DNA of 63,603 nt, filler included, from Intoshia linei (taxonomy: Eukaryota > Animalia > Orthonectida), in assembly GCA_001642005.1 (NCBI GenBank). It is 5 parts of 5 records of this genome, joined end to end, with 100 filler letters (N's around TTAATTAATTAA, not from the genome) between each part and the next. Parts side by side here need not be neighbours in the genome. Positions count along the whole stretch, not along the records: positions 1 to 20,930 come from LWCA01000662.1; 4 more parts are not named here. One strand, given 5' to 3'. How positions within the stretch are numbered: position 1 is the first letter of the stretch; every line of letters starts with the position of its first letter. Below, piece by piece: positions 1-13,931 of this stretch. The translations under genes and the position numbers were made by a program. The notes below the pieces were generated by a model. The model worked only from the letters and a program-made list of their open reading frames with translations, had not been told where the DNA came from and ran no database searches.

Positions 1-685
1 TGCACATTTTTTTTAAAATTGTAGGATCAATATTTACATTTTCAATTTTAATCGTAATATTTTAAAAATATTGATAAATAATATATTAAAAATGATTTTT
101 CACCGGGAATGCGTAGATTTCTAGAGTTGAAATTTTGTATTTATATCAACTGGAATAAGCGCTATCAGAATAATTATTTTGTTTAATTTTCGGACCGTTA
201 ATTATTTCACATTTTTGGTTTTAATAAAATATTTCGGAAAAAAAATATATGAATATTAAAATGCTTTTTTGATCGTTAAGTCGTCACTTATTCAAATTGA
301 AATTTTTTATGTGTGTTAACATGATACAACTCTATCACCTGTAAATTTTTGAAATTGTACGGCTGTTTTCAAAAAAAAAAGGAAGGGAATTTGTAGTTTG
401 GGCCATGAAGGTATAATTTTTTCAAATTTAAATTTATGATAATTTTTATGATTTTAAAATCAGCATCAGCGTATATATTTTTTTAAATTCTCCAACTCGT
501 TTAATTTTCAAAAAGAGGGACAACAGGGGTTTTTGACCCTTAAGATGTGAAATTGGGAGGTTGAAATTTACGCCCCAGAAAAAACTGGAATTGAAATGTT
601 GTTTTTAAAAAATTCTAAGAGTGCTAGTTATTTAAAAAAAGTAACACACAAACAAAAATCGCGTCGCATTTTATATAAGTTAGGA
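1..685 (-). mobile_element. Helitron family copy (5' part), just downstream of EXOC7
   Basis: Collinear with ~45812-46546. The 5' terminus A|TCCTAACTTATATAAAA lies at 685 on the minus strand. Confidence 0.8.
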
Positions 686-820
686 TTTAAACGAAATGGA
701 TTAAAATGTTACTAGCATTCGCAAGTTAGAGTAATATAACCTGTGAAAATGAAAATACGATATGTAATGACATTTTTTGAAATTCGAAGGTTTGATAAAA
801 ACTGCAATATAAAATTACAT

Positions 821-3800
821 TTAATTATCAAACAAAGCTGAAATTGATTCTTTAATGTCTGTCGGGTTATATTTAATGTATTTTGTTGGTGATTTGCTGA
901 AATTTACATAAACATGACTTTGATAAAACTTTATATATGGTTCAATTAGATTTTCAAATTTTTTTCTTAGATCAGCACGTAACCTGCTATCCGCTATCGT
1001 GTACATTTTCTGTAAATGCATCGCGTGTTCATATTCTTTATTAAACGACTAAAAAATGTATATTGATTCGAAATATTATACCGAAAATATATCTTTAATT
1101 CTAGATTTGTCTTTCTCTTTAATCTAATACGTTCTGTGTATAATTTAATGTAAATCTTTACTTTATTTGATTCCTCCGTCCGTTGATAAGAAAGGCGTTT
1201 TATTGATTGAATAACTTCCGTTAATTTACCCCATCCACTAAATGAAACCAAATAATTATGTTTAATAACTGCATCTATGCAGTAATATGAAATATGTCAA
1301 AATACATACTGAACAATATAATGGTTTGTGTATTTTTCAATTCGTGATGAATATTCTTCCGCCACCGATTCAATTATGGATCCAAGAGATTTCACAAAAG
1401 CGATTCTAAAAAATATATACAGTCGACATTATGGTAGATAAATTTGCTTAATAATTATTATATATTAATCGATTATAATCGAATAAATCACCAACAACAG
1501 TGTTTCTCAATAAAGTGGAAGAACCTTACTGTTTTAAAGTAAGGTTAACGTTTGTTATTTTAATTGATAAAAATATTATTTCCTCAAATATCAACTCGTG
1601 TCATCAAGTTTTACAATATTTAATTTTCACCACATATTGACAACAACGTGGAAATTCTATTAATAAGGTGCAACGTAATTAATAATTTCCTATATCCTTA
1701 CTTATATAAAGTAAAATAGTTAAAAATGTATGTCTGTTTATTTATTTATTTGTTCCAGTTTATTTAAAAAAGTAACGAGAGTCGAAATTTACAAATTCCA
1801 TATTCTTATAATAGTTTTTCAAATGTAATGTTTTATCGCAAATTTCAATTTCAGAAATTAAGTCCCTCAAGATTAAAAACCACAACTGCCCTTAGTTTTT
1901 AAGTTCAAATTATATACCGTACTAGAATTATAAAAATTACACATTCTAATGAAAAGTTTTAAATTCATCGATATTATGATAATTTTCAATTTCACAATCT
2001 TATATCTTCACGGTCAAAACCACAATTTACCCTTTTTTGTAAAAATTAAGAAAGTTTTATAATTATATACAACATGAATTCTAGAATTGTTTTTAAATTC
2101 ATAAGTATTGTCATAAATGGTAACCTTAAAAAAGGTAATTTTCACAGTCAAAAACCCAGATTACCCTTTTTTTATTTCAAATTATTGGAATATGGCCTTA
2201 TGTATGAAATGGGTTCCCCACCATGGTCTATACATTTCCAATAAGAAATATGAGTGGAAATTCATATAATTGATTACTTCGGATTTTTGTCATTGCTACG
2301 CAATTTTTCATTTTTAAAACATTTTGTTTAAAATTTAAATAAAAACTACAACAATAAATTAATAAAAGTACAACTTTGTTATTATCATTTTTATATTTAT
2401 TACAATGCTTTGCAATATTGGTAAAATTCATCTGAAATATTAACTCATGAATTTTAATTGACATACATATTCAAAAGTATACCTATTAAGAGCTTTAAAC
2501 ATATGATGATAATTATTGATCATAAATAAAGATTGGAGCATTTTTTCCGGATAATTGTCAGCCATACTTCGTAATCTTGTTCGTAAAGCATCATAACATT
2601 TTTCTACACAAAATTATATCATGATAAATAAATCAAAATACTAAAATATTCTTCACTTTTAAGTCGAATAGTATGATCATCAAAAGACGTAATCATTTTT
2701 GACTCTAAATTTTAAAATTATGTAAAAATTTTTTATATTAATTTTTAATGTTTAGTAACGTGATGACAGTGCCAGTAAATTACATGACTAAAACCTCAAA
2801 ACAATGTAAAAATTTGCATCATATTTATAAAGGTTTGGACAGATTGACTTTAAACCAGTGTTTCGGAACCGTGGGGCTACGTCCCATTAGTGGGACATCG
2901 GAAAAGTTGTGGGCCTATGATTGAGTCAAAAATGTTGGGAAGCACTACTTTAAACCATCTAATTGTCTCTAATTTTTGTTCGGAAATTCCATTTTAATGG
3001 AATTTTGAATTATTTATTTTTCTTAACAAATTTGTATGAACCAAAAATTCCGTTAATATAAAATTTATCTCTAAAGCTCTAGAATCTATTTTTAATTACT
3101 ATCATAAATATAAACTAATTTTTTTATTAATTAGTAATTAAATTAGATGGCGTTAATTAGAAATAATTACTCTCATTGCGAAAATGTCATTTTTAACTTT
3201 ATTTTATTTCTTTAAATAATTTAAAATTGATATAATTTTTATTGAACCCCAAAAAAACTCTTGGGGACCAAGAGTCCATATGGAACCAGTTGATAATGTT
3301 TGGTGTATATAACTTCTTCATGTATTATTCAAAAATTCATAATAACAAGAAATATGACCATTTAATGGTTTTTATTTAAAAAAATTAAATTCAGTTAAAT
3401 TCTGTTACTATGGGTATATTCCATATTAATGTTTTGTCATGAATCATGATCCATTTTTATATACCAAAAAAATGTAAAAATGTTTACATCAGCCTAATAA
3501 TTCGAAACATCAAACTTTAAATCTATTTTGTTAAAGATATTTAATACCAGCCGGCATAAGGGAGTATCCTATTGAAATGTGTTGTTGATACATATTTTCC
3601 ATTAAAAATAAAACATTGGTAGTAATTTCATGAACTGTTCCATCAGTAGGCATTGAACTAATTTTGTCTGTATCAGTCTAAAGCAAATACATAAAAGTGC
3701 CCAAGAATTAAAACTACCCTGACATATTCAACATAATCTCTTAATGCTGAAGCGCTCTATAAATTAACAATTAAATTTAATAATTAAAACCAGAATTTTG

Positions 3801-6800
3801 ATTAGATATAACCAATCGACAGTCACATTTCCAATCATTTTTAGTGGTTGTATGCCCACTTTTTTTAAAAATGTACATATATGGAGTCAAAGAGGTATTT
3901 CCATCGAGCTGAAAAGTGGTTTTAGATTGAATAATTTATGTTTTTCGTCCAAATACATAAAATTACCCCAAACGTCAATTTAAAATTTTCGGCTAAAATA
4001 TCTCAAAATTCCTAATAAAATATGTGAAAGATGACTTCATGTATGTCTATTGAAAAAATAGACATGTCAATTTAATATCTTTATACCAGCATCACCCAAA
4101 TACAGGTGTGGTGGCCACTACTGACAAACATTACTGGACTGTAAAAAATTAATAAATTATAAACAGATTTTGGTAAAGTTTCTCAAAAATGATTAGGAAA
4201 CAGGAATACAAGTACAATTACCAATTCACTAAACAGATTCATAATGTACAATATCGACACTTTAATTTCTTCATCACAGTCCTATATAAATATAAAAATA
4301 AATTTTTCAATTTATACCGCCAATTCTGCAAAAAGATTAAATCTAATTTTCTTAAAATGAGAAACAATTGTCAATAAACTAGATATACAAGTAAATTCTT
4401 TTTTCTGTATCATACGTGCGATTAAAGCTTTTAATTTCTAAACAATGTTTTATAGCAAAAATAAGGACAATAAGTATAATGGTTACATTAGCACTTGTTT
4501 CAATATTTAATATAACAGGTTTAATGATTCGACTAGTAATCATCATGTAATTCAAATGAGATAATACAGTCTGAGCTAATTGTATTTCTGGTTCCAATAT
4601 TTGCAAAAATGCATTCATTACATCTACAAATGACAAAATTTCAGATTCACCAATTTCGTCTTTTATATTTGAGGTAAATACCTATATATAAATTTGGATA
4701 TTGAAATTTTTATCAATAAAGGAAGGGTATGTCAAATATCGAGGTTTAGTTAATCAGAGGAGTTTAACTATACTACATTATAACCTAACGTTAGGTTCCT
4801 AAACACATAATTATCCCCTCCCCATTTTCGTATAAGATAATTGAAAATGTTCCGATATGATCAATATTAGATTTTTAGGATTTTATTTTGTAGTTATATT
4901 TATATCGTACAACTGAAGACAATGAGTGCTAAATTTCTATTGACCCTTGTTACTCAGATACGTGTGACACCCTAATTCAGTTCCAAACCTACCGTAACCG
5001 AGAAGCCTCTTCGAAGGGCTTTGACGAAATTTTGTTAAAATGAGGCCTGATTGTTCCAAATCGAATATTAAAAAATTATATTCTTGAATATCATAACTAT
5101 TCTGTGTATTAACAAAAAATTTTATTTTATTTTAAAGTTTTATTTTTTTAAATTTAAAATGTCAAGTCAAGAGTCTTGGTAGGTTCACTTCTGACTTAAT
5201 TCGTATTATAATATAAATGGATAATATAATGACATACAGTGTTTTGTTTATTAAATGGAATTGAAGCTAAATAGACAAATAAATAAACGTTAATAATAAT
5301 ACATAATATTTACCAGTTTTTTCCTTTCTTTTTGATAAATCCAGAAAACTACAGAATAAATTTAACAACACACACAAAACTTTAAATTGTCTATCATTTT
5401 GAAAAATGTATAAATAACTAATAGTGGCATAATTTTAAAAAGTACCACATCTAATAAAGCTTTTTCTAGTTAATGGTGTTAAGTTAACATATACTCAAAA
5501 ATTCAATATCACAAAGTTGAGCCTTCGCCGTCAAAAAAGCTAAAAATATGATAACTTTCTAAAATCTTTGGTAAAATGGAATTTTTCAAAAAAATATAAT
5601 GGTCAAAAAAATTTTCCTTTACCTTAAAACTCAAGGATTAATATAATTGTATCTAATATTTTGGTGTAGGATTAAGAGGTTAAAAAGGGATTTTTATATA
5701 GAGGGCTTGAAATGGATATTTTATTTATGGTGGGATAAAAGTGGGACTTTTGAAATAATTAAATAATTGATAATAATGAATAGAATCATGTTTATGTAAA
5801 ACAGGTGTCGGAAATAAATGGCCCGCGGGCCCAAATAATATTTTTGGCGACCATTTGAATTAATAAATACATAATTTGTATGTAAATTATTTATTTTTCA
5901 ACTTTAAACATTTTCTACTATAATTGGCTCATTATAATCATTTTAATACTGAATTTTCACTTGATTTTAGTATAGAATATACTAGAACCGTTTCTCTTCA
6001 GTTAAAATTGAAATGTAGCATGTGTACATTTTCAAAAACGGGGTCGTATAATTTTTTGATATAAAAAGGTGGCCACGAGATGCAAAGGTTGCCGATCCCT
6101 AATGTAAGATATTCATTTATTATTATTATTGTTAGAATTAAAAAAGTCTGCCCTCGTCAGATCTAAATACAGTTTATACGAAGTATACAAGTTATAGATT
6201 TTTAGTAATTTATATAATTACCCTGCTGCAGATTTTCTAAAAATTTTGGAACCCATTTTTTGCTAAAAGTAATTGATGAAACATACTCAAAATATAAAAT
6301 ACCAAACTATTCATAGATCTACGTCTAAAATGAATTTTGTATTTTGACGACATAGTCAAACATTTTATTCTACAAATTTAAATAAAAAAACGATAAAAAT
6401 GAAAATTACGTAGCCAAAATTTCCAATATACATTCTGACCGATTATCAACATATTCATCGACATAATTTGACACAACCTTGCTCATTTCTAACCATGATC
6501 CAATGTTTACAAGTTGATATATTGTGTCTGTATTTACTAGAATCACATTATATTCCTCATTTAAATTATTAGTAATAAAAAGGAAAAATTTAGTAATATC
6601 AAAGTCTTTTGCTGCTTGAGATAATATATTTGTAAATTTTATTTCTAATCGTTGATTGCACGCTTCAAATAGAGACGCCTAAAAAAAATTTACAATATTT
6701 TTAAGTGTGTAAAATGTATTTACAAGTTAATAATGTTAATGTTAATAAGTCATTAAATTAAATTTTTAAAATTATCCTACTGCTTGAGATGTTATATGAT

Positions 6801-9581
6801 TGTCTTTATCTATACTTTCAAAATAATCTAGAGCCAATTTTAATTCTTGTATTTTTGAAATGTATAGAGTTATATTTGGTATGTCTCTAGAAATATCAAA
6901 TTAATTGTACATTTCATAACATTTACCCAGCATCTTGTATAAATTTTTCAATATCTACTACGGACTTGTAATAACCTAACACGGTATCTATTCCCTTTTC
7001 AAGTTGATCCATATCTAATTGTATAAATTTAAGTTTGTATTTTTTAAATGACTAGAACAGGGACCGGACCAGGGCAGATCTAGAATTTTCAGCCAGGGGG
7101 GCCGAAATAATTATTAAGGGACCAAATGCATATAATGTATTTATACTAGAATTTTTATATCATGTTTATTAAATATTTCTATCTATAATAATTTATATTT
7201 TTTTCTAGTTTTCATTCTACTAAATTTTTCAATGTTGAACATTCAACTGTTGTGTTCAAAAGAATCATTCTCAATTAATTAATTAATTTAATCATTCCAA
7301 ATTCTCTTTCGATTATAAACAACGTTAAGTCCGATAATTTAAACTAAAATTTTATATTATATTTATCTAATATAATTTTAACTTAAACTAATGTTACTAG
7401 CATGAAAAATAATACATAGATTAATGATAAATGATCATTATATACATAAAACGTAAACAATGGGCATAGAAAATTTTTTTAATTTTTTACAATGTTAATA
7501 AATAAATTACAAATATTTTAGGGCACATTTGTCAGGCCAGGTAACGGCCGCCCTGCACCTCACCTAGATCCGCTACTGGCCCTGACCCTTTTTGACGGAT
7601 GGACACATTTTATAATTTTAATAATTTCATGGGGCCAAATTTATACTTAAACATTTCATACTCGTAATATTGTTCATTCCGTCAAAAAACTGGGCAATAT
7701 TGGTATACTGAAAAAAAATAAAAAATAAATTACTATTTTGAGCTCTTTGGCGTTCTTCCATGTTTTTATAAAGTGGTTTAATCAATTTTTCCACGTTGCC
7801 CAATTTTTCATCAAAGGAATGCATCAAATCAGACATTTCTAATGATAATTCATTGCTTTTATTCAATAACTTTTCAATTTCAACCATGTTTTCTTTTTCC
7901 TAACATTTTTTATCAAATAAAGAAAAATTATGCCATGTAAATAAAAATTAAAATTTAGTAGATAATAAAGGGTGTCTAGTTAAATCCAACCATTTTTACT
8001 AAAAATCAAAATTTATCAACCCTTTTGGTGAAAATTCCTGTTTTACCAAATCTTAAGGAAAAATTCAGTCTTATCAACCCTAAAATTAAATATTCAGTTT
8101 TACTAACTATTTAGGGAAAATTGCAGTTTTATCAACCCTTAAGAGATTAATCCACTTTTACAAACCCTAAAACCGGAATTTTCTGATTATTGAAAATAAT
8201 AAAGTTAGTTACTGCACTAGCAAAATAACGGTACCAAATCCACAATAATTAAAAAATATTTTACGTTAATTATTAAAGTATTACTATCAATTTTGAAGAA
8301 ATTATTTATTATTAGTGTTATAAGATAGACTTAAGTTTATAGACTCAATTGTGATCTTAAAAAACTTGTAAATTAAAATAAAGTCACCAGAAAATACAAT
8401 AGATTTTAGTTTATATCAGTGATTCCCGATTCAAGTAGTGAACCGTTCCCCATTTCAAAATATTTATTTTTTTGGACCCAAAATAAAACATGAAATATTA
8501 ACTATTTATAAAAAAATGAAAGGTTTTTTCTCATAAGACTTTTATGTTTATCTTTAAATCCTTAATCGTATTTTTTAAAAAAATATTGGAAATAGGTGAT
8601 TTTTCTCTAGAGTTGGTAAAATTTGATGAAATTTATTTTGTGGATTAGTTATGTAAATTTTTTTAAAAAAATATCTATAAAAGTCGATTTTTCCATTAGG
8701 GTTTGAAATGGTATTTTTGATTAAATTTTATTAATTGTGGGATAAAAGTGGGATTGCAACAGTTTTTTTGCTCAAATTTACATAAAAAATATTTTTAACT
8801 TTTTTTGTAAATGACCCTTTTTCAAAAAACAAAATTTATGAGTACTAATTCAAAAAAATTAATTTCGCTAAAGCTTATAATGATTCTCACGTTGAGAATC
8901 TCAACTTTCTTACGTTTATTTTTTCGTAGATTTGATGATTTTGCTGTTTTTTTAAATCTCAAAATTAATTAATAATTATAATTCATAGATAACGACTTAG
9001 TTTAGTCTGAGAAGTTTTCAAAATTTTTCATATGGACAACGAATTTATGCGATTATATTTACCCTTAGACACTTTGATTGTTTTTCTACATAAAATTATA
9101 CAAAAGCTGATAAACTAAACGTCAAAAATTTAAATAAAAAAATAAAAATAAACTAGCTACAGAATAAACAAGCCTCTACTAAAAAGTGTGGTTCTATAAC
9201 AAAAAGTATTCAAATGGAATGTTGACAATTTAATATTTGAAACAAGCAATTAAATTTACAAGAGAAAATATCATGTCATAAATTTAGATTATGTCATGCG
9301 TATCAAAAAAATAAAAAAAATAATGGATAAATTTCAGTCTAATGCCTAAGATTGAAATCTCATTTTGTACTTACATTTTATATATCTGGTCATTTTTTAA
9401 AATCTCACATAAGATATTTTGGTATCTAAGGGTTAATTTAGATTCTAGAACCATAAGAATAATTTTTTTTAAATCGAAAAAAACTTTGTCTAATTATTAT
9501 GTATACTGGAAATACACGACACAAAAAATATTTCTGTATTTATACCTTTGAAAAATCAACGTAAACTTGTTTGTGTTCCAT
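821..9581 (-). CDS. EXOC7: Exocyst complex component 7 (Exo70), multi-exon
   Basis: Hand-spliced exons give MEHKQVYVDFSK (9546-9581) | EKENMVEIEKLLNKSNELSLEMSDLMHSFDEKLGNVEKLIKPLYK (7734-7899) | NMDQLEKGIDTVLGYYKSVVDIEKFIQDAG ... MPTDGTVHEITTNVL (exon starting 3677) ... IKEKDKSRIKDIFS (1082-1123) | SFNKEYEHAMHLQKMYTIADSRLRADLR...FSKSPTKYIKYNPTDIKESISALFDN* (821-1048). The MPxDGTVHE and FxKxPxKYIKY...LFD motifs are Exo70 hallmarks. Start-exon assignment is slightly less certain. Confidence 0.93.
1695..2340 (+). mobile_element. Helitron family copy in EXOC7 intron, with internal degenerate repeats
   Basis: Starts A|TCCTTACTTATATAAA. Contains repeated (c)ggtcaaaaaccca.attaccctttt-like units (~1870, ~2010, ~2145) and the family motif cattgctacgcaatttt (~2290). 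Confidence 0.7.
4978..5193. mobile_element. hAT-type MITE in EXOC7 intron, abutting a TGTGACACCCTA (hATm-like) terminus; same family as ~54697-54950 and ~55643-55910
   Basis: Termini CAGTTCCAAACCTACC / GGTAGGTTCACTTCTG. Flanks CCCTAATT / ACTTAATT. Internal similarity to the two contig-4 copies. Confidence 0.7.
7058..7710. mobile_element. Nested MITE pair in EXOC7 intron (inner element ~7070-7578)
   Basis: Inner termini CAGGGCAGATCTAG / CTAGATCCGCTACTG with flanks GACCGGAC / GCCCTGAC. The outer element retains the inverted TTTTTGACGG / CCGTCAAAAA. Confidence 0.6.
7985..8172. repeat. Degenerate ~30-bp minisatellite (about 6-7 units, core aaattcagttttatcaaccct) in EXOC7 intron 1
   Basis: Recurrent ttta(t/c)caa(c/a)cct cores at roughly 30-nt spacing. 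Confidence 0.6.
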
Positions 9582-9977
9582 ATTAATCTAATCTTGTTAA
9601 ATTTAATTAAACTTGCCACTTTCTATTTTATTATTAAGTTGTCTCAAAGATGTAAACATTTATTGTAAATATTAAACATTGCTAATTTAATCTTGCATTT
9701 ATTTTCACATCATAAAGAAATTGAAAATTTCTAATTTTTAATTTATTCATTAATGGAACTATGGAAATGTTTATAATTATTTTGAAAACTTTTGAAACAA
9801 CATTTCGATTTGTAAATTAAATTTTAATTTGTATCTCCGTGGATTATAAACAATTATAAATATAAAGTTATATTCAACAAAATTAACTATCGGTCTATTA
9901 AATTTGTCAATTTTAAAAAGTAGAGATTGAATTGTATTGATTTGCATTGAATAAAATTGGATATTTAGAAATTATAA
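9582..9977. promoter_or_regulatory. Probable bidirectional promoter EXOC7/WBP11 (396 bp between start codons)
   Basis: Head-to-head start codons with no recognisable TE sequence in the interval. Confidence 0.55.
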
Positions 9978-12900
9978 ATGGGAAAGAAAAAGTCAGTCAC
10001 AAAAGCTGGTCGGTTTATTACTCCAACGGATCGAGAAAGTAATTTTTTAATTTATATGATACAGTAGTTCCGCAATACGGTCTTTAAACTTTAAAATTTC
10101 ACGCAATAACAGCCTTTAATTTTTACTAAATTTAATCCGTACTATTTAATATTACTAGCAAGAATATATGACAATATTTTATAACTCTAATAGTATTGGA
10201 TATTAAGGATCGAAACTATTACATACATGTAGTTGAGTGTTGGAAATATTATTTTGAATGTATTTAACCAACTAATTTTTTAACATAATATCTTTAAAGA
10301 ATTATTCACTTATGTTTCTTAGGGTGGCGTTGAAAATTAATTTGACGACCACCGACGGTTCTTAATATTTATGTCTATACATGTAAGAAATTTTTATAAT
10401 CTTTATAGGAAAGAAATTACGAGTAAAGGAGAAAGCTAAAGTAATTTTTATTATACATTTAAATCACGGGTTCATAAATTGGGCTAGAACCCCAATGATG
10501 CGTATCATTTTTTACGAATTCGCGATAAATTTGATGAACAATAATTTTATATTTATTTATTTTTGTAACAAAATTCATTACGTGTAAATCAAAGAATATG
10601 ACCAATTTTAAAATCACTTGTTTACTCAGATATAAATATGAACATTCTTTTAGTCTCGTGAGTAGAGCCGTGAGACCCAGCATTAGACCTGACAGATATA
10701 AATTTTAGGCCCAATCAAATTTTTTTTTTAAAAATGGAACGTCTATACATTATTTAAGCAATCGTTTATAGTCTAAAATTTAGACTCTTAATATTATAAT
10801 AAACAGTTGGAAATCACATTGGTCATCATGAAAATGAAAAATTTTAACATTACCTATTAATACATTAAAATAGTAAGTCCCTCTCCATGGTCCTGTTCGT
10901 TAGTATTATATAACCGACAGTAAAAGGAATAATTTTTCCTTTCTTTTATAAAACAAAGATTCCCAGTGTGTATTTTCCAACATTTCCCATTAATTTAATG
11001 TTACTATTTTAAAAATTTTTAATTCGTAAATTTTATCTTAAAAATATCGACAACTTGATTTTAATTTTTTCAATTAGTTCGTTAAATGAAAAGTTAGAAC
11101 CAAGGTTTTAAATTTTTGATATAGTATATTTTAGAACCGAAAACAAAGATATTTGAAAAGAGTTAGCGTTATAATGGAAAGAGAGCCCCACGAAATTATA
11201 GAGGATATGGTAAAATTGGATGATAATGGTTTATTTTATATACATTTATTGCTTTTAAAATTATATGAATTTGTTTTTGAGAAATTTAAAATATTTCAAT
11301 TTGTGGGGGACTTAGACGTGCGATTTTTAAAAAATTTCAAAAATAATAATTTGTAAATTTCATAAATGCACTACAACAGGGGTTCCCACACTTTTTTCAC
11401 GGCAGATAGGTCATAAATTATAAAAATTATTTCGCCAACCGGTAAAAATTTTTAACGGACCACTACTGGTCCGCGGACCAGAATTTGGGAAACGCTGATT
11501 TAAATTATGATAATTTTTATAAACGCGTTTCTTCCAGTGAGCAGGTAGACTTCAAGGATATGATATTTTAACCATTCCAACTTTGTTTTTTTAAAATAAT
11601 TGGATATGCTACTAGATACTTTGGAACATTGATTTATTTTTGATAAATTGTAAAAAAATTGGGGTACAGCCAAATTTTCAGATTAATAGTGCATGCATTC
11701 GTAAAGTTTGGGAGCCCTGAACTATAATGAATAAAATATTTTATCGGCCTCTAATCTCAAAAATTTTCATGGACGCCAGGATCCATATGCACGAATTTGA
11801 CGATCCTGGCCTAAATTTTAAATTTGTGTTGGGAAGTTGTGCTGTTATTAATGATATATGTAATATTACTTATTTTTTATCTGAATTTAAATAAAATAGT
11901 TTATGAAAATAAACATCGATGGATTTGTATTTATCATGTTTTGAATTTTAGAATTTTAATTTAAACAAAATGCAACTTATCAATCAATTTTTCCATATAA
12001 TACATTTATATTTCTAGAATATTGTATCGATGGAACAAATTCATTAAATCCAAGAGTTATAACTGAAAAGAGGAATAGATTGAAGTTAATGTTCGATAAA
12101 ATTTGCAAATATTATGTAAGTTTAATTTTTACAATTACAAATACAAATGTACTCTTATATAAATTTTACTTATAGTTTTGTTTGAATTGGTATATTGGGA
12201 TCGTACTTTAGATTAGAGCAACATATTTCCTTGTTGTTACCCGTCTATACTCACTGTAAAATTTTTATTTTTTATTGATTCGCAAGATATGAAATTGAAT
12301 CTTCTATAATCTAATCCAAAGGAACTTTGATTCTGGTTTATTTGACCTTTAAATTTAACTTTGACCACCCACACTCTCTGCAACATTGAAAAAATGTATA
12401 CAAATTAAAAAAATAGTTATAAATATTTGCTGTAGATACCATAATATATGTTTTTTATGTGTCAGAAAATTTTTTTAAACTAAGAAATAACTACGACCGA
12501 TTTTACTGAGTCTATAAAATCCAGAATTATAAAATGTTAATTTTATTGTGGTTATTATTTATTATGGTATCAAGTGTTATTATTTTACATATTAGTTTTA
12601 TAATAAATTTTTTTTAGAATCAAGAAAAGCCTGAGAAAGTTTCAGAGTTGCGACGTATTTTGACAGAATATGAGAGTGGTCGCTTGGAAAAAATTATTCG
12701 TTATGGTATGCATTCAAATTATTATTTATTTTTCATCTTATCAAATTGCCAAGGAATGTTCCTAATGTTGTATATCAATATAATTGTCAATTTTTGGTTA
12801 GTTGATGGTTTTTATACTTTTTAAAATTTTTCTTGTTTTTTTCATCAAATTTAACGAATCTACATTTTGATAGCTATTAAAATAATATAGAACCTTACTT

Positions 12901-13931
12901 AGATAAATTGTGTTAAATATTTTATTTAGAACAATACAAATCGTACAAAAACATTGACGTAGATACTATCCCATTGCCTTCATCATGTGAGGCTGGTATG
13001 AATTTAACCGATCTTTTTATGTATGTATTTAGATTTCAACAAGTTTCCTTTCAAGGTTAATCATTTGTTAACCAAAAGTATCCTGCAAAAGCCGAAACTG
13101 TTTAAAGGTGTATAAAATGTATTTATTTAAAATTTAGATTGCGTAGTTTGAATATACCAAAGGAAATTATAGCGTCACCTCCACCAAGTCCTCCACCAGC
13201 GATATTCATTTATGGGGATGAACCGCCAAAATTCGACAGTAATTTCGTTTAATTTTTGTAAAGTTACCCCTTATTTAGAAAATGAAAAAAAAGTAAGATT
13301 TGATGATGTGGTAATTTATACTTTTTTGTGAATTATTTAATTAATGATTATTTTTAGAATATTGTTAATTATTCCAATGATCCAGTCATGATTCAACCGG
13401 AGACTATTGAATATAGTATTTTATTTAATTTATTGTTTCATTATTTTAAATAGGTTCAAACCATAGAAATTCGAAATTTTCAAAACTTCCTCCAATGCCT
13501 ACTGCACCAAATGTACCTGAATATATGTCTCAACCACCGCCACCGTTATTTCAAAACCAAGGATATTTTGGTATGAATGTTCCGAGTGACCGACATCATC
13601 ATGATCCCGCTCACAAAAAAAGTGATGTGTTTATTAATAGCAAACAAACTTTTGAATCCAAACCAATATTACGAAATTTAATGAATCAGTCTACAATATT
13701 TACACCTTCTCAACTCAAAGTTAAAAGAGAAACAAAAGACGTATTTGGACGTATTAAACGACCTGAACGTATTTTTTTATGTTTTTTAGTTTTATATTAA
13801 TGTATTTAGATTCTGCAGATTCAGGTTTAATACCACGTAGTAAACCTGTTGTGCAATCTAAATCCAATGCTTCTAAACTTAAGGATGTAGCATATGACCA
13901 ATTCATGAAGGATATTGGATCTCTCTTGTAA
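9978..13931 (+). CDS. WBP11: WW domain-binding protein 11 (WBP11/SIPP1/NpwBP), 12 exons
   Basis: Spliced product begins MGKKKSVTKAGRFITPTDRERKKLRVKEKAKNRKQR (Wbp11 N-terminal domain). It contains VDTIPLP, SILQK, a Pro-rich tract, a PP1-type KKVRF motif, KPILRNL and the C-terminus DVAYDQFMKDIGSLL*. All junctions are GT-AG and in frame. Confidence 0.92.

Noticed and set aside
994-1251. 85-aa ORF as a separate gene; similarly ORFs 7627-7887, 11153-11356, 42238-42447, 42638-42847, 44923-45105
   Set aside because: These are exons of EXOC7, WBP11 or CFAP44 read on into adjacent introns.
7985-8172. CRISPR-like array
   Set aside because: Degenerate tandem units without unique spacers in a eukaryotic intron. 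This is a minisatellite related to MITE internal repeats.
9063-9085. Possible extra EXOC7 micro-exon (AG...GT bounded)
   Set aside because: It contains a stop in the phase required by exon 1, and exon 1 joins exon 2 in frame without it.
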